Shown piece after piece: positions 1 through 8,335 of a DNA stretch of 32,000 bases. Both the position numbers and the translations under genes were made by a program. Numbering within the stretch: position 1 is the stretch's first letter; each line of letters starts with the position of its first letter. Below the pieces are notes generated by a model. That model was given only the letters and a program-made list of their open reading frames with translations, did no database searches and was not told where the DNA came from. The stretch lies in the NCBI GenBank assembly GCA_000299115.1, contig CP003801.1, forward strand, positions 1,369,750 through 1,401,749, in the 5' to 3' direction. The DNA is from an alpha proteobacterium HIMB59. GTDB taxonomy: Bacteria > Pseudomonadota > Alphaproteobacteria > HIMB59.

Positions 1-220
1 CTGATGCCTCTAAGGCTAAAGATAAAGCGGAGGTTCCGCTAGATACAGCAACACAATATTTTGACTGGTTTAATTTAGCAAATTTATTCTCAAGTTTGTT
101 TATTATTTCATGATTTAGAAAATTATTTGATTTAATAACTTTTTTAATTTCTAAATTTATTTTCGTTGATAGAAAATCGTGCATTTTTGTTAAATTTACT
201 AAAGGTATATTTTTTTTCAT
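1..220 (-). CDS. DegT/DnrJ/EryC1/StrS-family sugar aminotransferase, N-terminal 73 codons; the gene runs off the left edge
   Basis: Own translation of the minus strand from ATG at 220-218: MKKNIPLVNLTKMHDFLSTKINLEIKKVIKSNNFLNHEIINKLENKFAKLNQSKYCVAVSSGTSALSLALEAS. The pattern IP...L...E..FA....KY.V.VSSGT.AL.LAL is the typical family N-terminus. The ORF is truncated, so it is absent from the supplied ORF track. Confidence 0.7.
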   Translation of the reverse strand, partial: MKKNIPLVNLTKMHDFLSTKINLEIKKVIKSNNFLNHEIINKLENKFAKLNQSKYCVAVSSGTSALSLALEAS

Positions 221-221
221 T

Positions 222-968
222 TTATTTTTTTATTTTGAATATTATTAAATAAAAGAGATATAAATAGTCAAATATTGTTTTCATAATCCTCATTTTTGAA
301 ACGCCAGTAACTCTTTTTTTAAAGGTAATAGGAACTTCAACTATTTTTTTATCTTGATTTTTTAAAATCATTAAAAATTCAGAGTAAAAAGGGAACCCAC
401 TAGAGTTAGTATTTTGAATTATTTTGTTTAATTCTTTATGTTTAATAATTCTAAAACCTGAAGTTTTATCAATAACTGGAAATTTTAATATAAGTGAAAT
501 AAATTTATTAAATAAAACTGAAAGAGATTTCTTCCAATAAGGCATTCCAATAATTTTACCGCCTTCACAATATCTAGAGCCAATCACAATATCAAATCCT
601 TCACTAAATTTTTCTAGTAATTTATTCAATTCTCTTGGGTCATGATTTAAATCACAATCCATAGTTATAAAATTCTCTATGTTTTTTGGTAAATTTTCAT
701 ATGATTTCTGAAAAGCTTTTTTAATTCCTAATGGTTGTTTAAAGTAGATATATGAAATATTAAACTTAACTTCTTCAGTATATTTAGATTTAAGATTCTT
801 AATTTCTTTTACAGAGTCATAATTGCCTTGAATACAAATTGAAATAAATACTTTTTTGACTTTTTTATTAAACTTAAGAGTGTCTATAATTCGCTCTAAA
901 AGAATTGTTAAATTTTTTTCCTCATTGTAAGCAAATAAAATAAAACCTATATCAAAGCTTTTTATCAT
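222..968 (-). CDS. GT2 glycosyltransferase, DPM1/GtrB/ArnC-like polyprenyl-phosphate sugar synthase
   Basis: ORF 222..1001. Motifs: FILFAYNEEKNL, ITMDCDLNHDP (DxD region; compare DPM1 MDADLSHHP), IVIGSRY..GG, DKTSGFRIIKHKEL. The ORF-track start at 1001 is a TTG overlapping the upstream gene by 50 nt. The ATG at 968 (MIKSFDIGF...) looks more plausible. Confidence 0.8.
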   Translation of the reverse strand: MIKSFDIGFILFAYNEEKNLTILLERIIDTLKFNKKVKKVFISICIQGNYDSVKEIKNLKSKYTEEVKFNISYIYFKQPLGIKKAFQKSYENLPKNIENFITMDCDLNHDPRELNKLLEKFSEGFDIVIGSRYCEGGKIIGMPYWKKSLSVLFNKFISLILKFPVIDKTSGFRIIKHKELNKIIQNTNSSGFPFYSEFLMILKNQDKKIVEVPITFKKRVTGVSKMRIMKTIFDYLYLFYLIIFKIKK

Positions 969-1950
969 AAATTTTTGATAATAATTTTTTATTTCCTTCA
1001 ATCCAATATAACATTTTTTTTAAGCCTTCAGATGGTGATATTTTTGGAAACCAGTTTATTCCTTTATATTTTGCCCAATTGTTATCAGAGACAAAAAAAT
1101 CTTGATCGCCAGATCTTTTGTTTGAGTAATTTATTTCCTGATATTTATGATTTGTAAGATTTTCTATTAACTCAATCGCCTCATTTAGAGATAGGCTATT
1201 TTTAATTCCACCCCCAACAGGGTAACTACCAACCACTTTTTTTTTAATCAAGATTAAATATAAATCAATCAAATCATCAATATATAGTAAATCTCTAATT
1301 TGTTTTCCATTTCCATAGATATTTAATTTTTTATTAAAAATATTTTTATATAAAAACCATATTAACCATCCTTGATCTTCAATACCAAATTGATTTGGGC
1401 CATAAATACAGGATTGTTTTAAAACACATGTTCTAAGATTAAATTCCTTTGAAGAAAATTCCTTAAAATATAAATCACCTATATGTTTACTAACTCCATA
1501 TGGAGTATAAGGGTCAGATAAGGTTTTAATATTAACAGGATTTGTGAAATTTTTATTTCCATACACTTTATTTGTTGAAGAGTATAAACAGTAACAATTT
1601 TTATTATACTTATGAGCTAAGAATAATAAGTTAAGACTTCCAAGTGCATTGGTATTAAAATCATTTATAGGATCACTATAGCTTAATGTAACAGCTACTT
1701 GGGCTGCCAAATGACATAAAATATCTGGTTTATGAACTTGGAAAATTTTTTCAAGTTTTTTTAAATTTGAAACATCAACTTTATAAAAATGAAAATTTTT
1801 ATATTTTTTAAGGGTATTGTAATTTTTTGAAGAACCAAATCTACTGAGATTATCAATGGCAATGATATTAATATTTTTATTTTTTAATAATCTGAGGCTT
1901 AAATTAAAGCCAATAAAACCACATGCTCCAGTGATAAAATAATTCTTCAT
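952..1950 (-). CDS. NAD-dependent sugar epimerase (extended SDR), CDP-paratose 2-epimerase (tyvelose epimerase)-like
   Basis: Motifs: ITGACGFIGFNL (Rossmann GxxGxxG), DNLSRFG, HLAAQVAVTLS, YSSTNKVYG, YTPYGVSKHIGDLY (YxxxK), EDQGWLIWF, YGNGKQIRDLLYIDD. The string of motifs matches my recollection of Salmonella RfbE/tyvelose epimerase. Confidence 0.75.
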   Translation of the reverse strand: MKNYFITGACGFIGFNLSLRLLKNKNINIIAIDNLSRFGSSKNYNTLKKYKNFHFYKVDVSNLKKLEKIFQVHKPDILCHLAAQVAVTLSYSDPINDFNTNALGSLNLLFLAHKYNKNCYCLYSSTNKVYGNKNFTNPVNIKTLSDPYTPYGVSKHIGDLYFKEFSSKEFNLRTCVLKQSCIYGPNQFGIEDQGWLIWFLYKNIFNKKLNIYGNGKQIRDLLYIDDLIDLYLILIKKKVVGSYPVGGGIKNSLSLNEAIELIENLTNHKYQEINYSNKRSGDQDFFVSDNNWAKYKGINWFPKISPSEGLKKMLYWIEGNKKLLSKIYDKKL

Positions 1951-1993
1951 TTATATTTAGATTAAAAGTGAAAACTATAATATTTTAATTTTT

Positions 1994-3547
1994 ATGAAAG
2001 TATATTTAATATTAATATATACAATAATAATCTTACCTCTTAATATTTTATCATTATTGAATATAGGGGGCTATGATAGCCTTTTAGCATTTCATCAAAT
2101 TTATAGATCTTTAGAAAAAAGTTTAATTGATGAATGGATTCCACATAGCTCTTACCTCTTTCCATTTATCATAAAGTTATTTGGATTATTTTTTGACTCT
2201 CCAAGGCTTATTCATAACATCTTATTTTTTTCAAATACTCTAGTTTTTGCATTGATTTGCTTGATGATAACAAAAGAGTTTAGTAATTCAAAAAAAATAC
2301 AAATTTTATCATTTACACTATCGGGTATTTATTTTTCTAATTTTATGGGCGTTTTTTATTGGGATCATTTGGGCTTTACATTGAGTTTAATTATTTTACA
2401 TAGCTACTTGAAAAAAAATTTTTTAGTAATTGCTTTATTATTGTATTCTTTGTTTTTATTGAAATTGCAAATATTTGTAGCTACATCTATTGCTCTTACA
2501 ATTATAATATTTTCAGACCTTCTAAAAAAACAAATTGAATTTAAGAAAATTTTAGAATTTTTTTTTCAAAATCTATTTATATTTATTTTTTTTTCAATCT
2601 TAATATCTTTGATATACGGCATTGATTTTTTTAGAGAATATTTTGGATATGTGCATGGGCGTTTTGTAACAATAGATCCCAATATTCCCTTTGCAAATAA
2701 AGAAATAGGATCTAATTATTCATTTTACAAAATTATAGAGACAATATTTTTTCCTTTGAATATAAGATTTTGGGATTTGGGCTTAAATTTTTCAATACTT
2801 AATTTTACACTTCAAATATTTTATTATTTTGCATATGTAATTTTGTTCAATAAGCAAGTTGACAAAAAAAATATTTTATTTTTTTTATTAATTTCACATA
2901 CTATTTTCGCTTCATATTTAGGCAGAGGATATTTAACAATTATTATATATCTTCCCTTGATTTTTACTTTTGTAATAGAAAAAAAAATAAAAGAAAAATA
3001 TCATTTAATCTTTTCATCTCTATTAGTATTTATATTTATTGTGCTTTTTTTTAACGAATTTTACCCTTTAAAAAAAATGATAAACGATCAAAGTAAGGTT
3101 ATTGAACCTCTATACTCCTCAAATAAATTTAAAATCTCAAGAGCTGATCAAATTCACTTTAATTATGTAAATTCAAATAATATGGAGGAAGTATTACCAA
3201 AAATAAAATCTCAACTATTATTTTTAAATAATCAAAATTATTTAGATAATAATTTTTTTATTTTTGGACATCATTTACAACTTTTATTTTTTTTGGATGG
3301 GAGAGATTTTAATAATAAATATCCATTTACTAGAATAGTAAATGAAAATATCTTTTCAAAAAATTTTAACAATAAGAAAAAATATCAAGACGAACAATTA
3401 GAGTTAATTAATAATTCTGAATATATTATTTTACATATTTTTGAATATTCAAAAAAAGATATTGAAGAAATAATGAATATTTATCTTAAAAACTTTAATT
3501 TTATTAAAAAGTTTGATGATATATATATTTATTCAAAAATTAGATAA
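1994..3547 (+). CDS. Large polytopic membrane protein with a ~160-aa hydrophilic C-terminal domain; candidate GT-C-type (ArnT/PMT-like) glycosyltransferase; family unassigned
   Basis: 517-aa ORF. About 350 aa of consecutive hydrophobic segments. TM1 is followed by a loop with acidic residues (GGYDSLLAFHQIYRSLEKSLIDEW), then YLFPFIIKLFGLFFDSPRL. A soluble tail starts near NEFYPLKKMINDQSK. The coding call is strong; the function is inferred from architecture and context only. Confidence 0.45.
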   Translation: MKVYLILIYTIIILPLNILSLLNIGGYDSLLAFHQIYRSLEKSLIDEWIPHSSYLFPFIIKLFGLFFDSPRLIHNILFFSNTLVFALICLMITKEFSNSKKIQILSFTLSGIYFSNFMGVFYWDHLGFTLSLIILHSYLKKNFLVIALLLYSLFLLKLQIFVATSIALTIIIFSDLLKKQIEFKKILEFFFQNLFIFIFFSILISLIYGIDFFREYFGYVHGRFVTIDPNIPFANKEIGSNYSFYKIIETIFFPLNIRFWDLGLNFSILNFTLQIFYYFAYVILFNKQVDKKNILFFLLISHTIFASYLGRGYLTIIIYLPLIFTFVIEKKIKEKYHLIFSSLLVFIFIVLFFNEFYPLKKMINDQSKVIEPLYSSNKFKISRADQIHFNYVNSNNMEEVLPKIKSQLLFLNNQNYLDNNFFIFGHHLQLLFFLDGRDFNNKYPFTRIVNENIFSKNFNNKKKYQDEQLELINNSEYIILHIFEYSKKDIEEIMNIYLKNFNFIKKFDDIYIYSKIR

Positions 3548-3570
3548 AATGAAAATAATTTTAAATCAAC

Positions 3571-4269
3571 ATGATACACACAAAAAAAACTGAAGATTTA
3601 CATTATTATTTATATGATGATTGTATAAAACATGACTTAAATATTGTTGATTTAGGATTAAATTATGGTTCTTTTTGTGATGAACTACAAAAATTCTTTA
3701 ATGACAAGGCAACTTTCTATGGCGTGGAAGCTAATAAGGAAGTTATCAATTATGATAAAAAAATTATTACAGATAACTTTTTAATATCAAAGACTTCTGG
3801 AACTTATGAAAGACTCTATTTAAATAAAAGAGATTCTGGTTCATCATCAACAATCTTCAAAGAAAGTGAAGAAGATTTTATTGAAGTAGAAACAATTACT
3901 CTAGAAGATTATTATAAGAAATATAATTTGGAAAAAAAATACGTTTATATCCTAAAAATAGACATAGAAGGCAAAGAGTTCGAAATATTAGATAAAAAAC
4001 TAATCAAATTTTTATCTGAATGTACGTACCAAATATGTATAGAATTTCATGATTTTTTAGTGAATGATAATAGGTACGACCAGGCAATTAAAAATATTTT
4101 TAAAATTTTTGATGAAAATAATTTTATAAAAATCAAGTTCTCTAGAAATAATGGAAGCATTTTATTTATTAATAGAAAATTTTTTAAATTAAGTTATTTA
4201 GATTTATTATTCATCCATATCAATAAATATAAGTTTGGGATAAAAAGAAAACTTAAAAGAGTTTTATAA
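3571..4269 (+). CDS. FkbM-family SAM-dependent methyltransferase
   Basis: IVDLGLNYGSFCDEL (SAM-binding G-loop), FYGVEANKEV, YILKIDIEGKEFEILD (the family's characteristic KIDVEG.E..VL block). Confidence 0.7.
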   Translation: MIHTKKTEDLHYYLYDDCIKHDLNIVDLGLNYGSFCDELQKFFNDKATFYGVEANKEVINYDKKIITDNFLISKTSGTYERLYLNKRDSGSSSTIFKESEEDFIEVETITLEDYYKKYNLEKKYVYILKIDIEGKEFEILDKKLIKFLSECTYQICIEFHDFLVNDNRYDQAIKNIFKIFDENNFIKIKFSRNNGSILFINRKFFKLSYLDLLFIHINKYKFGIKRKLKRVL

Positions 4270-5367
4270 GTATTTTTTTTTAATGAATTCCCAAACATCT
4301 TCTTTTTTGTTTAAATTAATACATCTTTCAAAGCACTCATTCTTGAGAAAACAACTACATTCAATATTAGGTCTAAAAACATCACTCGAAGAATTTGTTG
4401 GGTACCATTTTCCTTTAAAATCGCGAGAAGAAAAGATTGAAACTATATTCAAATAAATAAGATCAGCTATATGCATCATACCTGTATCGTTCCCTAAAAC
4501 TAAATAAGCTTTACTTAAAAATAATGTTGAGTCATAAATATCACAAAGACCTACAAAATTATTAAACAAAGTAGAATCAATACCTTCACTAATTTTTTTT
4601 GAATAATCTAGTTCATTCTTGCCACCTAATAAAACAACGGAACCTTCATTTAATATCCATTTTTTAATTATGAATTGATAGTTAACATAATTCCATTTAT
4701 TAGGTAATCGATTAGAACCAATACAAATAACTAAAAGTTTATTATTAAAGATATTTTTAGACTTAAAATAATCTTTAGAAAAATTAATTTTACTAATATC
4801 TATATATTGTTTAGATGGTAATTTATTTAACAATTTTGAAGATGATAATTCTTGGACTATATTCAAAAGTCTAATCTTCTCATTTTCGTGTAAATCTAAT
4901 TTACTATCTCTTATAGTTTTTTTATCTATATTAACTCTAAATCCAAAAATTGATTTTGATGAAGAAATTGAAGCAAACAAAATATTTCTAAATTCTTGTC
5001 TGAAATTCGATAAGTCTTGTGGTAGAGACAACCATAAATCGAATTTTTGTTTTCTTATTTCTTTTAAAATATTTATAAAATTATTTATTTTTTTACTTTT
5101 AAGAGAATATTCATAATAACCATCAATATAGTTTGAAGTAAGTTTTTTTATACTATTAAAAGATAAATGATCATTACAAAATAAAATAAAAATTTTAGAT
5201 TCAGGAAATTTTTCTTTTAAAGAAAAAATAGCCGGAAGAGATACTACAGTATCTCCAATTGAACCTACCCTATGAATAATTATTTTTTTATAACTAAAAT
5301 TTTTTTTACTTTTGAATGTAAGTTTAATTAAAGTTGATAGGATAAAATTTTGAAATGAAATTCTCAA
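4264..5367 (-). CDS. GT9-family glycosyltransferase (ADP-heptose:LPS heptosyltransferase-like)
   Basis: KIIIHRVGSIGDTVVSLPAIFSLKEKFPESKI (GT9 N-terminal R..alGD....P motif), LGNDTGMMHIAD, C-terminal Cys cluster IECSCFLKNECFERC. It lies directly downstream of gmhA in the heptose operon. Confidence 0.8.
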   Translation of the reverse strand: MRISFQNFILSTLIKLTFKSKKNFSYKKIIIHRVGSIGDTVVSLPAIFSLKEKFPESKIFILFCNDHLSFNSIKKLTSNYIDGYYEYSLKSKKINNFINILKEIRKQKFDLWLSLPQDLSNFRQEFRNILFASISSSKSIFGFRVNIDKKTIRDSKLDLHENEKIRLLNIVQELSSSKLLNKLPSKQYIDISKINFSKDYFKSKNIFNNKLLVICIGSNRLPNKWNYVNYQFIIKKWILNEGSVVLLGGKNELDYSKKISEGIDSTLFNNFVGLCDIYDSTLFLSKAYLVLGNDTGMMHIADLIYLNIVSIFSSRDFKGKWYPTNSSSDVFRPNIECSCFLKNECFERCINLNKKEDVWEFIKKKYL

Positions 5368-5376
5368 TTGGTCAAA

Positions 5377-5982
5377 TTAAAAGTTTTTATCTATAATTTT
5401 ACACATGCTATGGTAAAGAAAGATATGATTTTCTTGAATTCTAGGAACTGATAAAGATTTTATTGATAAAATTGAATCTACATACTTTAAAATATTATTG
5501 GGAATATATTTGCCACAAAATAAAATAACTTTTAATTTTTTACTTTTAGCTAATTTCAAAGCATTAATGATATTTTTACTTTTACAACTAGTAGTAAAAG
5601 CTATCAGTATATCTCCCTTATCTGCTAAAGCTTCAATTTGTTTTGAGAAAATGTAATTAAAACCAAAGTCATTTCCTAATGAGGTAATAACAGATGTGTC
5701 AGTGGTTAATGCTATAGCGGGTAAGTGTTTTCTTTTCTTTTCAAATTTTGAACAAATTTCAGATGCAAAATGTTGTGCATCAGCAGCTGAGCCGCCATTT
5801 CCAACAAGCATAATTTTATTTTTCTTCCTAAGAGCTGAAACAACTATATTTATGGACTCATAAAATGCCTGATTAAGAGAGATGTCAAAAAGAAGTTTAT
5901 TTTTAATTTTTAAGCTTTCTTGAATTTCAATTTCTAAAAATTTATTTTCAATTTTAATTTTCATAAAAGTATTTTGATACAC
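5377..5982 (-). CDS. gmhA: Phosphoheptose isomerase (sedoheptulose-7-P isomerase, SIS domain)
   Basis: Starts MYQ like E. coli GmhA. Motifs: GNGGSAADAQHFASE, TSLGNDFGFNYIFSKQIEA, TTSCKSKNII, QENHIFLYH. Confidence 0.9.
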   Translation of the reverse strand: MYQNTFMKIKIENKFLEIEIQESLKIKNKLLFDISLNQAFYESINIVVSALRKKNKIMLVGNGGSAADAQHFASEICSKFEKKRKHLPAIALTTDTSVITSLGNDFGFNYIFSKQIEALADKGDILIAFTTSCKSKNIINALKLAKSKKLKVILFCGKYIPNNILKYVDSILSIKSLSVPRIQENHIFLYHSMCKIIDKNF

Positions 5983-6877
5983 CCTCCTTTAAATTTATAA
6001 ATTTTTTTTTATATCCAATTGTTTTAAGACTGTTAATTTTAGCTTTTGTGTAAGGTTGATAAAATTTTAATAATTTTTTAGGAAAAGGAATATAAGAAAT
6101 TTTGGATTTCGTAAAATCTTTTGATAAGATTTTTGCTACTTTATTAAAACTTACAGCTTTGCCTGTTCCAACGTTAAAAATACCTGATTTTTTTACTTTT
6201 AAAAACCACAAGTTCACTGAAATAACATCATCTACATGAATAAAGTCTCTTTTGTGCTCACCATTTTTATAACCTAAAGAATTTCCAAATATTTTTACCT
6301 CATTAGTATTTTTTAATTGTTCGCTAAAATGAAAGATAACACTTGCCATATTATTCTTATGGGATTCATTTTTTCCATAAACATTAAAATATCTTAAGCC
6401 GGTTATTTGATTTTTGGAATTTAGTTTAGATCTAACATAATTATCAAATAATAGTTTTGAAATAGCATAAAGATTTAAAGGGTTTTCATTTTCTATTTTT
6501 TCTGTAGTGTCAATTGATCTTCCATATACTGAAGCTGATGATGCATATATGAATTTAATATTTTTTTTTATTGAAAAATCTAATAACTTTTTTGAGTAAT
6601 AAAAATTATTCTCTAAAATATAATCGACTCTACTCTCTAAAGTATTAGAACAGGCGCCCTGATGAAAAATACAATCAATATTTCCAATCTGATTTTTATT
6701 AATTCGTCTAATTAATTCTTTAATTGAATATTGTTTCTTATAAATAAGATTTTTAATATTTTTTCTATTTGCTGTTTTAACATCATCTACCAGAATAATG
6801 TCTTCGATACCAATTTTATTGAGGCCTTCAATTAAATTAGACCCAATAAAGCCTGCGCCACCAGTAACTATAATCAT
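5954..6877 (-). CDS. hldD: ADP-L-glycero-D-manno-heptose 6-epimerase
   Basis: MIIVTGGAGFIGSNLIEGLNKIGIEDIILVDD is nearly identical in pattern to the E. coli RfaD N-terminus. Also YASSASVYG and a YxxxK region (LYAISKLLFD). ATGA stop/start overlap with hldE. Confidence 0.9.
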   Translation of the reverse strand: MIIVTGGAGFIGSNLIEGLNKIGIEDIILVDDVKTANRKNIKNLIYKKQYSIKELIRRINKNQIGNIDCIFHQGACSNTLESRVDYILENNFYYSKKLLDFSIKKNIKFIYASSASVYGRSIDTTEKIENENPLNLYAISKLLFDNYVRSKLNSKNQITGLRYFNVYGKNESHKNNMASVIFHFSEQLKNTNEVKIFGNSLGYKNGEHKRDFIHVDDVISVNLWFLKVKKSGIFNVGTGKAVSFNKVAKILSKDFTKSKISYIPFPKKLLKFYQPYTKAKINSLKTIGYKKKFINLKEGVSKYFYEN

Positions 6878-8276
6878 TTTAAACGCTTTAATATTTTAGT
6901 TGAAGAGATATCAATTTTGGTATTAATAATTTTAACTTTACCTCCACTTTTTAAAAGATACTTATAACCTACTACTTGATTTTTTTTGTAACCATTACCT
7001 TTTGTTATTATATTTGGGCTTATTTCCTCTATTAGTTTAATCGGAGTGAGATCATCAAATACTATTATTTGATCAATAAAACTAAAAGAGGCAAGAATTT
7101 TTATTCTATTATCCAATTTATTTATGGGCCTATTTTCACCTTTTAGTTTCTTTATAGAATTATCAGAGTTAACAGCAACTATTAATATATCACCCATATT
7201 TTTTGAACTCTCAAGATATTTTACATGACCTGCGTGTATGATATCAAAACAACCGTTGGTAAAGACAATATTTAATTTTAAAGATTTGTATAATGTAATT
7301 AAGTTTATTAAATTATTCTTATTTTTGATTATTTTATTGTGATCATTTAATTTAATAAAGTTATCATAATATTCTTTGATACTCACTGGGGAGACCCCAA
7401 ATTTTATTACTGATAAAGATGCAAATTGGTTAGCGTAGAACATTGCTTTGTCTTCATCAAAACCCATTGATAAGAAAAAAGTGAAAGCAGCACAAACTGT
7501 ATCACCTGCACCTGTTACATCAAAAACCTGTTTCACTATAGCGTCTAAAAAAATATATTTTTGATTTTTTTTCATGAGAAACATTCCTTCACTGCCAAGA
7601 GTTACTAAAAGACAACTTAGTTTCAAATCATTTAATAATTTTTTTGATTTTTTAATTAAATCTGCTTTTGATGAAATTTTGCCAACTACACCCTCGAGTT
7701 CCTTTTTATTTGGAGTCAAACAATAAGAGTGTTTATAGTTTCTCCAATCCTTCCCATAGGGGTCAATAATAGTTTTTAGTTTATGAGTATTACCTTTTTT
7801 TATGATTTGTTTTATAAATGGACTTATCTGTCCTTTCCCATAATCTGAAATAATTAAGAAATTATATTTATCAATTTTATAAAAAAGTTTATTAAGTATT
7901 TTATCTGCAATCTTTTGGTCAAATTTGATGTCATTATCAATTCTTACAATCTGACTTTTATCAACATAAATTCTTTTTTTGACAGTAGTTCTATAATTAA
8001 TTGCTTTTTCAAAATAAAATTTGATTTTTTTTTTTTTAAAATAGATAGTACTTTAGTCATATAGCTGTCATTTGTTCTAGTTAAAAAAATATCAATATCT
8101 TTAGTTAATTCAGATAGACAAACAGCAACATTGGCCGCTCCCCCACAACGAATTTCCGATTTTATATCTTTAATGACTGGAGAAGGATGTTCAGGGCTCA
8201 ATCTATCAGAAGAACCAATAATATATTCATCAGCTATGATATCACCGATTACAGCAATTTTATTAGTTTGATTCAT
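6874..8276 (-). pseudogene. hldE: Bifunctional D-beta-D-heptose 7-phosphate kinase / D-beta-D-heptose 1-phosphate adenylyltransferase, interrupted by a single frameshift in an A13 run (possibly rescued by slippage, or a sequencing artefact)
   Basis: ORF 7944..8276 is the kinase N-terminus (VIGDIIADEYIIG...SPEHPSPVIKD...GGAANVA). ORF 6874..7719 holds the kinase C-terminus (DVTGAGDT) plus the adenylyltransferase domain (FTNGCFDIIHAGHVKYL, VAVNSDNSIKKLKG.NRP). My translation shows the downstream frame stays open from 7719 up to the homopolymer at 8025..8037. Confidence 0.85.
8025..8037 (-). repeat. Homopolymer: 13 A on the coding (minus) strand inside hldE, at the exact frame break
   Basis: Counted directly: ttga + tttttt + ttttttt + aaa on the plus strand. 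This is the longest homopolymer I saw in the window. Confidence 0.95.
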
Positions 8277-8335
8277 ACATTTTATTTATATATTAAAGCA
8301 AAAAAAAACACATATTTTAATATTTCAAAACTGAC

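Noticed and set aside
6874-8276. Treating 7944..8276 (110 aa) and 6874..7719 (281 aa) as two independent genes with a 224-nt spacer.
   Set aside because: The 'spacer' is open in the downstream frame and encodes the middle of the HldE kinase domain. The pieces join at a single homopolymer, so this is one frameshifted gene.
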